Shown here: positions 25,610 through 35,175 of the stretch, in pieces
Layout: the number at the start of each line of letters is the position of its first letter
Position numbering within the stretch: the stretch's first letter is position 1
Made by a program: the position numbers and the translations under genes
NCBI GenBank assembly: GCA_018658105.1
Contig: JABHVW010000012.1
Location: forward strand, 9,604-73,603
Length of the DNA: 64,000 nucleotides
DNA from: Candidatus Peregrinibacteria bacterium
GTDB taxonomy: Bacteria; Patescibacteriota; Gracilibacteria; UBA1369; 2-02-FULL-48-14
Direction of reading: 5' to 3'
The notes under the pieces: generated by a model
The model's database searches: none
What the model was told of the DNA's origin: nothing
The model's input: the letters and a program-made list of their open reading frames with translations, nothing else

Positions 25610-27015
25610 TCGCTTAGGCTTAGTTCGTTAAATTTTTGTGCTGCTAGGTCTTTAATTGAATTATCTGGGCCAGCGAGTTCATATGCTGTTTTGTATGAAT
25701 CGTGCGCATCTAAAGTGTTGCCTTTTTTCTCTTCTAACATTGCTTTGTTGAAATGTGCTTCAGGTAATTTTGGATCCATAGTTAGTGCTTTATCGATTTC
25801 GTTTTGAGCTTGTGGCAATTCATCTCGTTGGATATGAACCCACGCAAGCAAATTATGGCTCATAGATTCGTTAGGGAAGAGGCTTGCGCTTTCTTCGGCA
25901 ATACTTAGGGCGCGGTCTAAATCTTTTAAAATATCTAAGCTGAGCCAGACTGGTTTAACAAAGAGGTCAATACTGGTTTGGTCGATTTTGATGAGATATT
26001 CATATGCTTCTAGTGCTGCTTCGTATTGTTCAAGTTCTAAATAACTCTCTGCAAGTAATCTATATGCTTCGGTTTGAGGTTCAAACCCATTTAAAAGTGC
26101 GAGTTCGAAACTGTTAACTGCATCTTGGAATTCATTTTGTTCGAAATGGGTGCTGCCCAAAAAGTAATGTGTGTTTGGGTTGATTGAATCTAAATTTTTA
26201 GCCGCTTTGAATGCGTCTTCAGATTCTTGGAAGTTTTTCGTTTTCAAGAGGGCATAGCCAAGCATGATCCAAACGTCTCTGTAGCTTTCTTCTTTTTCTA
26301 GAGTTTTTCTTGCGAGATCTTCTGCAAGTTCAAATTCTTCTAGATCGATAAATGCGTTTGTGAGTAAAGCCTCAATGTAAATTTCTTGGCCATCTTGTTG
26401 TGAATTGTAATTTATATAGGCGTTTTGAACAGATTGAAATGTAGATGAGTCGACGGTGTTTTCATTCTCGTTGGTTTTGCTGAGTTTTTTTTGTGCATCT
26501 TCATGAGCGCCGTTGAAACCGTCTAGCAATGCACTGTAAAAGAGTGCTTCGCCGCTTTCTGGATGTTCATTTAATATGTTTGAAGCAGCTTCGTAATTTC
26601 GGCTGTGAATCAGGCTGATTGCGTAGTTTGTTGCGTAGTGTGAATTTTGAGGGTCGAGTTCGCGTGCACGTTTGAACTGTTCTTGAGCTTTTAAATCTTC
26701 ATCGAGTTTCAGGTAAGTTTCGCCAAGTTTAGAGTGGCCTTCGGGATTTTCTTCGAGCAATTGAATCGCAAGTGCATATTCACTGGCTGCAAGTGTGTAG
26801 TATTCGTTTAAAACCAGCTGATCGCCTTTTGCGATGCGGGTTTCGTAGCTTACTGGGGCCGCTATTTCTTCAATGCCAGTTAAGTTGCTTTTGAATAGAT
26901 TGCTTTCTGCCTGAAAGTTTTCTTTGGCCGCGCTATATGTGAAAAATACAGCTGCAAGCGAAAGCAAGCTGGCAAGGCTAACTATTCCGAATTGAATGGC
27001 GTTTTTACTTTTCAT
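25606..27015 (-). CDS. Membrane-anchored tetratricopeptide (TPR) repeat protein
   Basis: N-terminal TM segment, then repeated 34-aa A/Y/L-patterned helices (for example AASEYALAIQLLEENPEGHSKLGETYLKLDEDLKAQEQFKRARELDPQN). Confidence 0.8.
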   Translation of the reverse strand: MKSKNAIQFGIVSLASLLSLAAVFFTYSAAKENFQAESNLFKSNLTGIEEIAAPVSYETRIAKGDQLVLNEYYTLAASEYALAIQLLEENPEGHSKLGETYLKLDEDLKAQEQFKRARELDPQNSHYATNYAISLIHSRNYEAASNILNEHPESGEALFYSALLDGFNGAHEDAQKKLSKTNENENTVDSSTFQSVQNAYINYNSQQDGQEIYIEALLTNAFIDLEEFELAEDLARKTLEKEESYRDVWIMLGYALLKTKNFQESEDAFKAAKNLDSINPNTHYFLGSTHFEQNEFQDAVNSFELALLNGFEPQTEAYRLLAESYLELEQYEAALEAYEYLIKIDQTSIDLFVKPVWLSLDILKDLDRALSIAEESASLFPNESMSHNLLAWVHIQRDELPQAQNEIDKALTMDPKLPEAHFNKAMLEEKKGNTLDAHDSYKTAYELAGPDNSIKDLAAQKFNELSLSE

Positions 27016-27020
27016 CCGCT

Positions 27021-27491
27021 CTATCTTAATTCAGTTGCAAGGGTCAGGGCAAGGCTGAGTGCATCTGCTGCGTCGTCAGGTTTTGGTGGCTCGTCTAGAT
27101 TAAGTTCGAGGCATAACATCTTCTGTATCGCCTTTTTATCTGCTGTTCCGTCACCTGTCATTGCGAGTTTCATGGCGCTTGGGCTGTACTCCCTAATTTT
27201 AATTTTCGATTTCTCAAGAGCCAATAATATTGTCCCGCGCGCTTGTGCCACATTGATTGCGGTGCTGACATTATTTGAAAAGAAAATCTGTTCAATAGAG
27301 CAGTGTTCTGGTTTGTATTCTTTTAAGAGTTCTTCCATATCTTTATATATTTCGAGAAGCCTTTCTGAAATGCTTAGTTCTGGGGCAGTGCGAATTACTC
27401 CAACATCAATGAGAGTTTTTTTGCCACGTTCAAGATCGATAATTGCAAAGCCGACTATGGCTAAACCCGGATCTATTCCTATTATCCTCAT
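27021..27491 (-). CDS. ruvC: Crossover junction endodeoxyribonuclease RuvC
   Basis: MRIIGIDPGLAIVGFAII start, 156 aa, and a C-terminal DAADALSLAL motif. Confidence 0.9.
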   Translation of the reverse strand: MRIIGIDPGLAIVGFAIIDLERGKKTLIDVGVIRTAPELSISERLLEIYKDMEELLKEYKPEHCSIEQIFFSNNVSTAINVAQARGTILLALEKSKIKIREYSPSAMKLAMTGDGTADKKAIQKMLCLELNLDEPPKPDDAADALSLALTLATELR

Positions 27492-28888
27492 ACTTTCATG
27501 ACTACGAGTGACCTTTTCTTATCTGATAGTTTGATTAGAACTACGTCTTCACCTTTATTTAGGTAGCAATGTTTTAGTAGGAGATTTTTTGTTTCTTCAG
27601 ATCTGAGCTTTTCTTTTCTAACAATAATTTCATCTGCACCCCATAAGAAATTTAGTTGCCCTGCAATTTTTGCGTTGCTTGTTACAATTATGGCTTGCGT
27701 TTTTGGCCTATGTTTTAAAACAGTACGAGCCGTGAAGCCCTCTGCAGTCATAATTACAATTGCGCTGGCGTTAATTTCATCTGCTACGCGACAAGCATTT
27801 AAGGCCATGCTTTCGTCGACAATGTCGTCGAGTTGGTCGAAGGCTGGGCTAGGGAAGAGTTCGGTTTCTTTAAATATGGATTTTTCAATGGTGCTGGCAA
27901 TTTTGGCTAGAGTCTCTACGGCTCTCACTGGATATTTGCCGACAGCACTTTCGTTTGAAAGCATTACCGCATCTGCGTGTTCGAAAATTGCATTTGCTGC
28001 GTCGCTGACTTCAGCGCGAGTAGGCAAGGGGTCTTCAACCATTGATTGCAGCATTTGCGTAGCAATAATTACAGGCTTGCCGTGGCGACGTGCCAATTTG
28101 ATTATTCTCTTTTGTGTAAGTGGGACTGTTTCTGCTTTTGTTTCGATTCCTAGGTCGCCGCGGGCAACCATTACTCCGTCTGCTGTATCAATTATTTGTT
28201 CAAGATTTCTGAGTGCTTCTTCACGTTCGATTTTTGCAACTATCATGATTGGCTTTTTTGTGTGTTTTGCGATTTCTTTGCGAACTCTGATTATATCTTC
28301 AGCAGTTTCAACGAAAGAAACGGCTATGGCATCTACTTTAAGTTTCTTAACGCCAAACTCGAGATCTTTGCGATCTTTAGGGGTGAGGCTTGCTGAACCG
28401 GGTAGTTTTGAGTCTGGGATGTTGATTCCTTTGCAGGCTTTAAGTATGCCACCGGCAATAACTTTGGCTTTAATTTTGTGGCCACGTTTCGATAGGATTT
28501 TTGTTCGTATTAATCCGTCTTCAATTAATAGTCGATCGCCAGCTTTTACGATTTTTGAAAGCATATTGCAGTTTGGAACGAATATGCAGTCTTTCTGACC
28601 GGCTTTGGTTGAGAAGGTGATTATGTCACCCTTTTTTACTTCAGTTTCTTTTTGTTCTGGTGATAGGCGAATTTTTGGCCCCTGCAAATCTTGCATGATG
28701 GTAATAATCTCGCTGCTCTCTTTTTCTACCTTTCTAATGTTTGCCGCTATCTTTTTGAACTGCTTGTAAGTGCCATGCGAAAAGTTAAGTCTGGCAACAT
28801 TTAAGCCAGCATTTAGGAGTTCGCGAATAACTGCTTTATCTTCTGTAGCAGGTCCAAGTGTTGCAACAATTTTTGTTCGGCGTGGCAT
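27488..28888 (-). CDS. pyk: Pyruvate kinase
   Basis: RRTKIVATLGPA, NFSHG, MVARGDLG and ATQMLQSM motifs. Confidence 0.95.
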   Translation of the reverse strand: MPRRTKIVATLGPATEDKAVIRELLNAGLNVARLNFSHGTYKQFKKIAANIRKVEKESSEIITIMQDLQGPKIRLSPEQKETEVKKGDIITFSTKAGQKDCIFVPNCNMLSKIVKAGDRLLIEDGLIRTKILSKRGHKIKAKVIAGGILKACKGINIPDSKLPGSASLTPKDRKDLEFGVKKLKVDAIAVSFVETAEDIIRVRKEIAKHTKKPIMIVAKIEREEALRNLEQIIDTADGVMVARGDLGIETKAETVPLTQKRIIKLARRHGKPVIIATQMLQSMVEDPLPTRAEVSDAANAIFEHADAVMLSNESAVGKYPVRAVETLAKIASTIEKSIFKETELFPSPAFDQLDDIVDESMALNACRVADEINASAIVIMTAEGFTARTVLKHRPKTQAIIVTSNAKIAGQLNFLWGADEIIVRKEKLRSEETKNLLLKHCYLNKGEDVVLIKLSDKKRSLVVMKV

Positions 28889-28897
28889 GTGCCTACT

Positions 28898-30676
28898 TTA
28901 CTTCACCGTAACTGACTTCGCAAGATTTCTTGGCATGTCGGGGTTGTTTTGGCGGGCGAGGGCGAGTTTGTATGAGAGGATTTGAATTGGGATGATGTTT
29001 ACGATTGGTGCTGCTGCGCCTACATCTGGGACTTTTATCCAGAGGTCGAAGACTTCGGCGTTTTCGGGTGCGACTCCAATGATTAGACCGCCGCGTGATT
29101 TGATTTCCATTGCGTTAGATAGGATCTCGGCTTTGTAGTCGTCGTTTGAGACGAGCACTATGCAGGGTGTTCCTTCTTCGATTAATGCGATTGGGCCATG
29201 TTTTAGTTCACCGCCGGCGAAACCTTCGGCATGTATATATGAAAGTTCTTGGAGTTTGATTGCTGACTCTAATGCCATAGGGAAGTTTAAGTCGCGGCCA
29301 ATTACCATTATGTCGCTTGCTTCTTTTATTTTTTCTGCAACGCTTGCGATATGCTCTTCGTATCTAGGGTTAAGCATGTCGTTTATTTTTCCTGCTGCTT
29401 GTATAAGTGTTTTTTTGCCTTCATCTAGCTTTTCAGCCAAGGCATATGCCATAAGAGTTATAATTGCGAGTTGAGATGTTGTAGTTTTTGTTGATGCAAC
29501 TGCTTTTTCAAGACCTGCTTTAATTGGTAGAATTATGTCTGACATTCGCGCCATTGTTGAGGTTTCTACATTTACAATAGATACAATTTTTGCACCTTTA
29601 GATTTTGCAATTTCCATTGCTTCGAGAGTGTCTGCTGTTTCGCCAGATTGAGAAATCGCAATTATTAATGATTGTTCCGTTAGAAAGTGTCTTGCACTTT
29701 GAAATTCTGAACCAAACTTCACATTCACGTGTTTCTTAGCAACGTTTGCAAATAGATACTCTGCCGCCATTGCGACTTTGCCTGATGTTCCACATCCAAC
29801 AAAATATGTTTCGGATGCATTTTTTATAGCCTCTGCTACTTCACGTATTTTTTCTTCATCTGTGTTGATTGCTTTTGTTAAAGTTTCTTTTTGATCCATG
29901 ATTTCTTTAATCATGAAATGTGGGTAGTCGCCCTTTTCGGCTTCTTCAACTTCCCAGTCGATTGATACGACGCGTTTATCGATTTTCTCGCCAGTTTCTA
30001 GATCTGAAAATTGTGATTCATTGTTTTCAATTACAACCATTTCATTGTCGTCTAGGTACATTACTTCTTTGGTGTACTCGAGAAAGGCAGGAACATCTGA
30101 GGCAATGAAGTGTGTGCCGTTTTCGTCACGGCCAATAATTAGAGGTGATCCGCGGCGAGCTGCGATGAGTTTGTTTTCTGCTTTGCACATTGCAATTACT
30201 CCATAGCGGCCATCAACACGTTTTGTTGCGAGTTTAAATGCTTCTTCGAATCCTTTGTCTAGATTGTCTGCGATTAGATGTGCGAAAACTTCGGTATCTG
30301 TTTCGGATTGAAATTTATAGCCTTTGCCAATTAACTCTTCTTTTAACTCTGTGTAGTTTTCGAAAATTCCATTATGTGCAATTACGACTTCGTTATTTGC
30401 GCTGTTATGTGGATGTGCATTGTATTTGGTTACGCCGCCGTGAGTTGCCCAGCGAGAATGACCAAGTGCTAAATGAGCAGATTTGGTTAGCTCATCATTC
30501 AAATTTATTACTTCAGAAATCTTGCCGACATGCTTTTCGATTTTGACTTCGCCATCTTGCATTTTAGCTGCAATTCCCCAGGAGTCGTATCCACGGTATT
30601 CGAGCTTTTTTAGTCCTTTCAGAACGATTTCTGCGGCTTTATCGCTAGAGCCGAAATAGGCAAATATCCCACACAT
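28898..30676 (-). CDS. glmS: Glutamine--fructose-6-phosphate aminotransferase
   Basis: The true start is MCGIFAY (catalytic Cys2) at 30674-30676, while the track ORF extends to 30745. Two SIS domains are present, and the protein ends in the GlmS-typical LAKSVTVK tail. Confidence 0.95.
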   Translation of the reverse strand: MCGIFAYFGSSDKAAEIVLKGLKKLEYRGYDSWGIAAKMQDGEVKIEKHVGKISEVINLNDELTKSAHLALGHSRWATHGGVTKYNAHPHNSANNEVVIAHNGIFENYTELKEELIGKGYKFQSETDTEVFAHLIADNLDKGFEEAFKLATKRVDGRYGVIAMCKAENKLIAARRGSPLIIGRDENGTHFIASDVPAFLEYTKEVMYLDDNEMVVIENNESQFSDLETGEKIDKRVVSIDWEVEEAEKGDYPHFMIKEIMDQKETLTKAINTDEEKIREVAEAIKNASETYFVGCGTSGKVAMAAEYLFANVAKKHVNVKFGSEFQSARHFLTEQSLIIAISQSGETADTLEAMEIAKSKGAKIVSIVNVETSTMARMSDIILPIKAGLEKAVASTKTTTSQLAIITLMAYALAEKLDEGKKTLIQAAGKINDMLNPRYEEHIASVAEKIKEASDIMVIGRDLNFPMALESAIKLQELSYIHAEGFAGGELKHGPIALIEEGTPCIVLVSNDDYKAEILSNAMEIKSRGGLIIGVAPENAEVFDLWIKVPDVGAAAPIVNIIPIQILSYKLALARQNNPDMPRNLAKSVTVK

Positions 30677-30824
30677 ATGGTCTTTTATTAAGTGCGAGAA
30701 TTCTAGTCTAAATGAGGTGTGAGCGCAAGTAGTGTGGCGGCACAATTTCCTGACACAAAAGGCAAGTACAAAGGCTTGATCTAGCCAAATCTTAGCATTA
30801 ATGTGCGCGTGTAAAATTTTGATT

Positions 30825-32480
30825 ATGTCTGAAGCATTACAATTAGATACTAGTCCTCATGTTGAAATTGAACGAGGAAATATTATTATTGATCATGGAG
30901 AGGGCTTGATTGGTCCTAATGTGAAATCGATAGATGGATTAGAATGGCAATCACCTCCAGCACAAGATTCTCTTGGAGCTGATGTTTTTCAAACTAAATC
31001 AGTAAGAGTTGGTACTCGTGAGGAATTAGCTGCAGCTTTGCAATTTGCAAGAGAGCAGAAATTATTGGTTAGGCCTGCAGGAGCTCTTACTTCATCTAAA
31101 GCTTTTGTCTCGCCGCCTGCTTCCTTTATGAAGCGATTTGATAAGACAGGAGTTATGCTTCTTGGATTTAATCCAAGTGGTGACTTTTCTAAAATTACTG
31201 TTGATGAAGATAGACGGCTAGTTCGAGCTGGAGCAAGTGTTACTTTGGCTGAAGTTGCTGAGGCAGTCAGGTTAGCGACTTGGGATAATGATTTAAAACG
31301 TCCTAGATTAGAATCTTTGATGACGATTACAACAATGGACGCAATGCTTGTAGCAACTGCTCTTGGGAGTGGTGGAGTAGCAGATTCATCTCATTCGTCG
31401 ACTACTTTGATGAGAAGTGCGCAGTGGATGGATGGTAGAGGGCGCTTACATGATGAAGCAAATAGGCCAAGTGCAAGTTATTTTGATTATAGTAGTTTTA
31501 ATGAGGTTCACTCTGGCCGTATTGCCAAAGAGATGACAGGTCGTGGGGCGCCATTTGGCATTGGTACTGAGGTTGTTTATAAATTAGGAGAAGCTCCTGT
31601 GAGAAGGCATCAGTTGATTATTCCATTTAGAGGTTCAAATGAAGAGGTTCGCGAAAAACTTCAAGAATTTATTGTTGCTGCAAATTTAGCTGATGAACGA
31701 GTTAAAGGTTCAAGAGGTGTATTGTATGAATTGAAATCATTAGAATTAATGGGGATTGATGCAATGGAAATGGCAAAAGATGGAATGAATGGATGGACTC
31801 CAGAATTTGAAGGTGAAGAGCCTAAGGCGATTATTATTGTTGATGTAGCAGAATATCAAAATGGTCATGAGCTTCCTGATGAATTCGACTCAATTGGTAA
31901 GATTGTTGAGCTAGGTTTAATCCCAGAAGAATTTTTTGATGAAGCAGTTTATATTGATTCGTCAAAACATAAGAAATTAGATGCATTTAGGCTGCAAGGG
32001 CCAGAACATATTAGGTCGGTAAGAAAACGGAAGTATTCAAATGCGCCTACTTGTTCAACAGATTGGGCTGTTTATCCAGGTGATGAAAGATTGGTGGAAT
32101 GGTATTTTGACCGATTCTTTGATTTGCATGATCAAATTGTTCCTCATGCAGATGTGCGTGCCTTATATGGTCATTGTTTGAGGCGGCTAGATTTACATCA
32201 TCGTGTAGTTGTTTCAGATAGGGACGCTATGGCTGCACATTTAGCTAGAAAAATTGAATTTGGTCATGAACTTGTGAATAGACAAGTTGAAGGTGAATGG
32301 GTGAGAGTACGAGGTGAAAAAGTAGAGCTTCCTTTTGGTGAACATTTGGCATGTATAGGTATGCGAAGAGGTAATCAACATGGAAGTACAAATGTTGCTT
32401 TGTTGAGAGAGCTTGATCCATCTGGTTTATTTTCTTCAATTGCTCCTGAAAGATGGGGTGGACGTTACGATTGGAGATAA
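30825..32480 (+). CDS. Divergent FAD-linked oxidase (PCMH/FAD_binding_4) family-like protein
   Basis: VRVGTREELAAALQFAREQKLLVRPAGALTSS, ITVDEDRRLVRAGASVTLAEV, and a C-terminal GEHLACIGMRRG...LLRELDPSGLF resembling the oxidase C-terminal domain. The start is ambiguous (30801 or 30825). Confidence 0.55.
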   Translation: MSEALQLDTSPHVEIERGNIIIDHGEGLIGPNVKSIDGLEWQSPPAQDSLGADVFQTKSVRVGTREELAAALQFAREQKLLVRPAGALTSSKAFVSPPASFMKRFDKTGVMLLGFNPSGDFSKITVDEDRRLVRAGASVTLAEVAEAVRLATWDNDLKRPRLESLMTITTMDAMLVATALGSGGVADSSHSSTTLMRSAQWMDGRGRLHDEANRPSASYFDYSSFNEVHSGRIAKEMTGRGAPFGIGTEVVYKLGEAPVRRHQLIIPFRGSNEEVREKLQEFIVAANLADERVKGSRGVLYELKSLELMGIDAMEMAKDGMNGWTPEFEGEEPKAIIIVDVAEYQNGHELPDEFDSIGKIVELGLIPEEFFDEAVYIDSSKHKKLDAFRLQGPEHIRSVRKRKYSNAPTCSTDWAVYPGDERLVEWYFDRFFDLHDQIVPHADVRALYGHCLRRLDLHHRVVVSDRDAMAAHLARKIEFGHELVNRQVEGEWVRVRGEKVELPFGEHLACIGMRRGNQHGSTNVALLRELDPSGLFSSIAPERWGGRYDWR

Positions 32481-33482
32481 TTACTTCACAATCTTTGTAA
32501 AGTTTTCGTAGCCAGTTTTTGTGACGCGGCCCATGTCTTCGATGCGTACGCCGAATTTGCCTGGTAGGTAGATTCCGGGTTCTGCTGTGACAATCATGTT
32601 TTCTTTGAGTATGTCTTTGCTTTTGCTGCTGAGGTTTGGACTTTCGTGAACGTCGAGGCCTATGCCGTGGCCGAATGAGTGGCCGAAGTATTTTTCATCT
32701 TCGCCCATGCTTTTGCGTGCGGCTTTGTCGACGCTTGCTGCTTTTGCGCCGGCTTTTATTTGTGCGATTCCGGCGAGCTGTGCGTCGAGTACTTTCTGGT
32801 AAACATTTTCTTGCTGTGTTGTGGGTTTTCCTAGGAAGAAAGTGCGGGTCATATCGCTGCAGTAGCCTTTGTATTTCATCCCCATATCTATGAGCACGAT
32901 ATCGCGTTTTTTTAGTTTGCGATTGCCGTTTTGGTGGTGTGGGCTAGAACTGCTTGGCCCGAATGCAACGATGGGTTCAAATGAGATATCTTCTGTGCCG
33001 AGGTCATGGCCGATGGTTTTGATTTTCCAGGCGATTTCTAATTCTGTTAGACCTGGCTTGCATAACTTTTTTATTCGCTTTAGTGTTTCTCCGTTTATCT
33101 GCTGCGATTTTTTGAGTGCGTGAATTTCACTTTTGTCTTTTGTTAGGCGCATTTTTTCTGGAGTGTTTTTTATTGTTTGCCATTTTTTCTTTGGCAAAAG
33201 CTTTTTCCAGTGATTGAGCCCATTAACGGTGACATGGTTTGCTTCAAACTCGATTGTTTTTGATCGGGCACAGATTTTCTGTAATTTTTCTTTGAAGTTT
33301 TTGTCCATTTCTACAAATTCGAATGGAATTCTTGTGTTCGATTTCTCTAATTTTTCTGCGATTTGCCTGTAGCGAAAATCTGTAAAGAAGTAGTTTTTAT
33401 TTTCCCCTCGAATTAAAAAGCCGCTTGAGCCGCTGAAATTTAACAGGTAGAGAAGGTTTGTGGAGTGGGTGATGAGTTGCAT
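32481..33482 (-). CDS. Xaa-Pro aminopeptidase/dipeptidase (M24B)
   Basis: M24 pita-bread motifs: DMGMKYKGYCSDMTRT, GHSFGHGIGLDVHE, EPGIY and RIED. Confidence 0.87.
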   Translation of the reverse strand: MQLITHSTNLLYLLNFSGSSGFLIRGENKNYFFTDFRYRQIAEKLEKSNTRIPFEFVEMDKNFKEKLQKICARSKTIEFEANHVTVNGLNHWKKLLPKKKWQTIKNTPEKMRLTKDKSEIHALKKSQQINGETLKRIKKLCKPGLTELEIAWKIKTIGHDLGTEDISFEPIVAFGPSSSSPHHQNGNRKLKKRDIVLIDMGMKYKGYCSDMTRTFFLGKPTTQQENVYQKVLDAQLAGIAQIKAGAKAASVDKAARKSMGEDEKYFGHSFGHGIGLDVHESPNLSSKSKDILKENMIVTAEPGIYLPGKFGVRIEDMGRVTKTGYENFTKIVK

Positions 33483-33487
33483 AGGTT

Positions 33488-34048
33488 CTATACTGACTTA
33501 AGAAAGACTCGAATAATTTCTTCGGTTTCTGTAATTTCTCGATCCATTGAGCTAAAGACATTTTGAATGTGTTTGCGTTTGTAGCCAAGAGTTTCGAGTG
33601 CGGCTGTGGCTTCTTCGTTTGAATTTGTACTTTGAAGTTTACTGACGCTTGCTTCGAGGCCAGTGACTTTATTTTTGAGTTCGAGTATGAGTCTTTGTGC
33701 AATTTTTTTACCAACTCCTGGAATGCGAGTTAGAAATGCTATGTCGTCTTCTAGGATTGCTTTTTGTATTAGTTCTGCAGGTTCGTTAGCAAAGGCGAGG
33801 GCCATTTTTGGGCCGACTCCATTTATGCTGAGTAAAAGTTCGTAAAATTGCATGTCAGATTGTGTGCGGAATCCATAAAGTGTGATTTGATCTTCGCGGA
33901 CGTGAGTGTGAATGAAAAGTGTTAGCTCTTCATCGTTTTCGTCGAGAATTTGGCTTGATACAAAAACTTGGTAGCCTACGCCGCCGGTCATCAAAATTAT
34001 TGAGCGGGCTTCTTTGCTGTGTACTTTTCCTTGGAGGAGCCTGATCAT
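33488..34048 (-). CDS. ruvA: Holliday junction DNA helicase subunit RuvA
   Basis: MIRLLQGKV...GGVGYQV start, helix-hairpin-helix motifs INGVGPKMA and IPGVGKKIAQRL, 186 aa. Confidence 0.9.
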   Translation of the reverse strand: MIRLLQGKVHSKEARSIILMTGGVGYQVFVSSQILDENDEELTLFIHTHVREDQITLYGFRTQSDMQFYELLLSINGVGPKMALAFANEPAELIQKAILEDDIAFLTRIPGVGKKIAQRLILELKNKVTGLEASVSKLQSTNSNEEATAALETLGYKRKHIQNVFSSMDREITETEEIIRVFLKSV

Positions 34049-35175
34049 GCTTGGTATTTTTTAAGAAAGTCTTCTTTGAATTTGAGGAAAGTTCCCTCGG
34101 CAATATGATAGCGAATTTGATCGATCAAATGAAATAGAAAGGCAATGTTGTGCATAGAAAGCAGTCTGAAGCCAAGTAGTTCATTTTCTTTGAAGAGATG
34201 ATGAATGTAACTTTTGGAAAATTCATTTGATGAATAATGTGGAACCCAATCACAAAGTGGCTCGGGGTCTGTATTATAGCATGTGTTGCTAATGTCGTGA
34301 CGTCCGTTTAAGTCCCAGAATGCTCCATGACGAGCTAGACGAGTTGCGAGTACACAATCGAACATATCGATGCCGCGTTCAATGGCATGTAGAATGTCAT
34401 CTGGAGTGCCGACTCCCATTAAGTAGTGCGGTTTGTTTTTTGGAAGGTGAGGCATTACATAGTCGATTGCCTGGAATTTTTCTTCGAAATTTTCACCGAC
34501 GCTAACTCCGCCGATTGCTATACCTGGTAAGTCGAGTGCGGCCATGAATTTTGCAGATTCTTCTCTAAGATTTTTGAATGAACTTCCTTGTACAATTGGG
34601 AACAAGGTTTGGTCTTCGCGTGTTTTTGCTTTTATGCAGCGCTCAATCCAGTCGTGAGTTCTTTCCATCGCTTTGCGAGCGTGTTTTTCGTCGACTCCTG
34701 CGGGTGCACATTCGTCGAATGCCATAATAATATCTGCACCTAATTCTTCTTGAATTTCAATTGCTCGCTCAGGAGTAATGAAGTGTTTGTCGCCGTTAAT
34801 GTGTGACTGAAATTCAACTCCTTCATCTGTTATTTTCACTGTGTCGCCAAGTGAGAAAACCTGAAATCCGCCAGAGTCGGTTAGGATCGGTCTGTCCCAG
34901 TTCATCCACTTATGTAGTCCGCCCATTTTTTTAACTAGCTCTGACCCTGGGCGCATTGCCATGTGGTAAGTGTTTGTCAGAATAACTTCTGCGCCAAGAT
35001 TTTCTAAGTCTTTATAGTCTAGAGATTTAACTGTTGCTTTGGTTCCTACAGGCATAAAGACAGGAGTTTTTATGTTTCCGTGTGGGGTTGTGAACTCGCC
35101 GAGACGAGCTTCACATTCTGATGATTCTTTTAATATTTTAAAATCAAACATGTTTTCTTGTGAAAATATCTGCAA
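34045..35175 (-). CDS. tgt: tRNA-guanine transglycosylase (queuine tRNA-ribosyltransferase)
   Basis: GEFTTPHGNIKTPVFMPVGT, LTDSGGFQVFSL and GVGTPDD. The start may be the internal ATG at 35151. Confidence 0.9.
   Translation of the reverse strand: MQIFSQENMFDFKILKESSECEARLGEFTTPHGNIKTPVFMPVGTKATVKSLDYKDLENLGAEVILTNTYHMAMRPGSELVKKMGGLHKWMNWDRPILTDSGGFQVFSLGDTVKITDEGVEFQSHINGDKHFITPERAIEIQEELGADIIMAFDECAPAGVDEKHARKAMERTHDWIERCIKAKTREDQTLFPIVQGSSFKNLREESAKFMAALDLPGIAIGGVSVGENFEEKFQAIDYVMPHLPKNKPHYLMGVGTPDDILHAIERGIDMFDCVLATRLARHGAFWDLNGRHDISNTCYNTDPEPLCDWVPHYSSNEFSKSYIHHLFKENELLGFRLLSMHNIAFLFHLIDQIRYHIAEGTFLKFKEDFLKKYQA

Noticed and set aside
25606-27015. TPR protein plus prepilin peptidase as evidence of a type IV pilus operon
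   Set aside because: No pilin (class III signal G/FTLIE), PilB/PilT ATPase or PilC platform gene lies in the window. The adjacency alone is insufficient, and the LFKG leader of the giants does not resemble a prepilin cleavage site.
27675-28598. 307-aa plus-strand ORF
   Set aside because: It lies entirely antisense within the well-supported pyruvate kinase gene and has a Ser/Ala/Ile-rich low-complexity composition typical of shadow ORFs. The same reasoning applies to 26992..27501 (antisense to ruvC and the TPR gene), 56007..56528 (antisense to prfA), 60049..60528 and 60616..60963 (antisense to radA), 40678..41103 (antisense to gyrA) and the many 60-110-aa ORFs inside the giant surface genes.
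30677-30824. Possible glmS ribozyme in the 148-nt leader upstream of glmS
   Set aside because: I read the minus-strand leader (…ttgtacttgccttttgtgtcaggaaattgtgccgccacactacttgcgctcacacc…). It has none of the conserved glmS ribozyme core strings I remember, such as the AGCGCC cleavage-site context or GACGAGGA, and no convincing pseudoknotted helices. An Infernal scan would settle it.
33397-33714. 105-aa minus-strand ORF
   Set aside because: It is out of frame and overlaps the well-supported ruvA and pepP genes.
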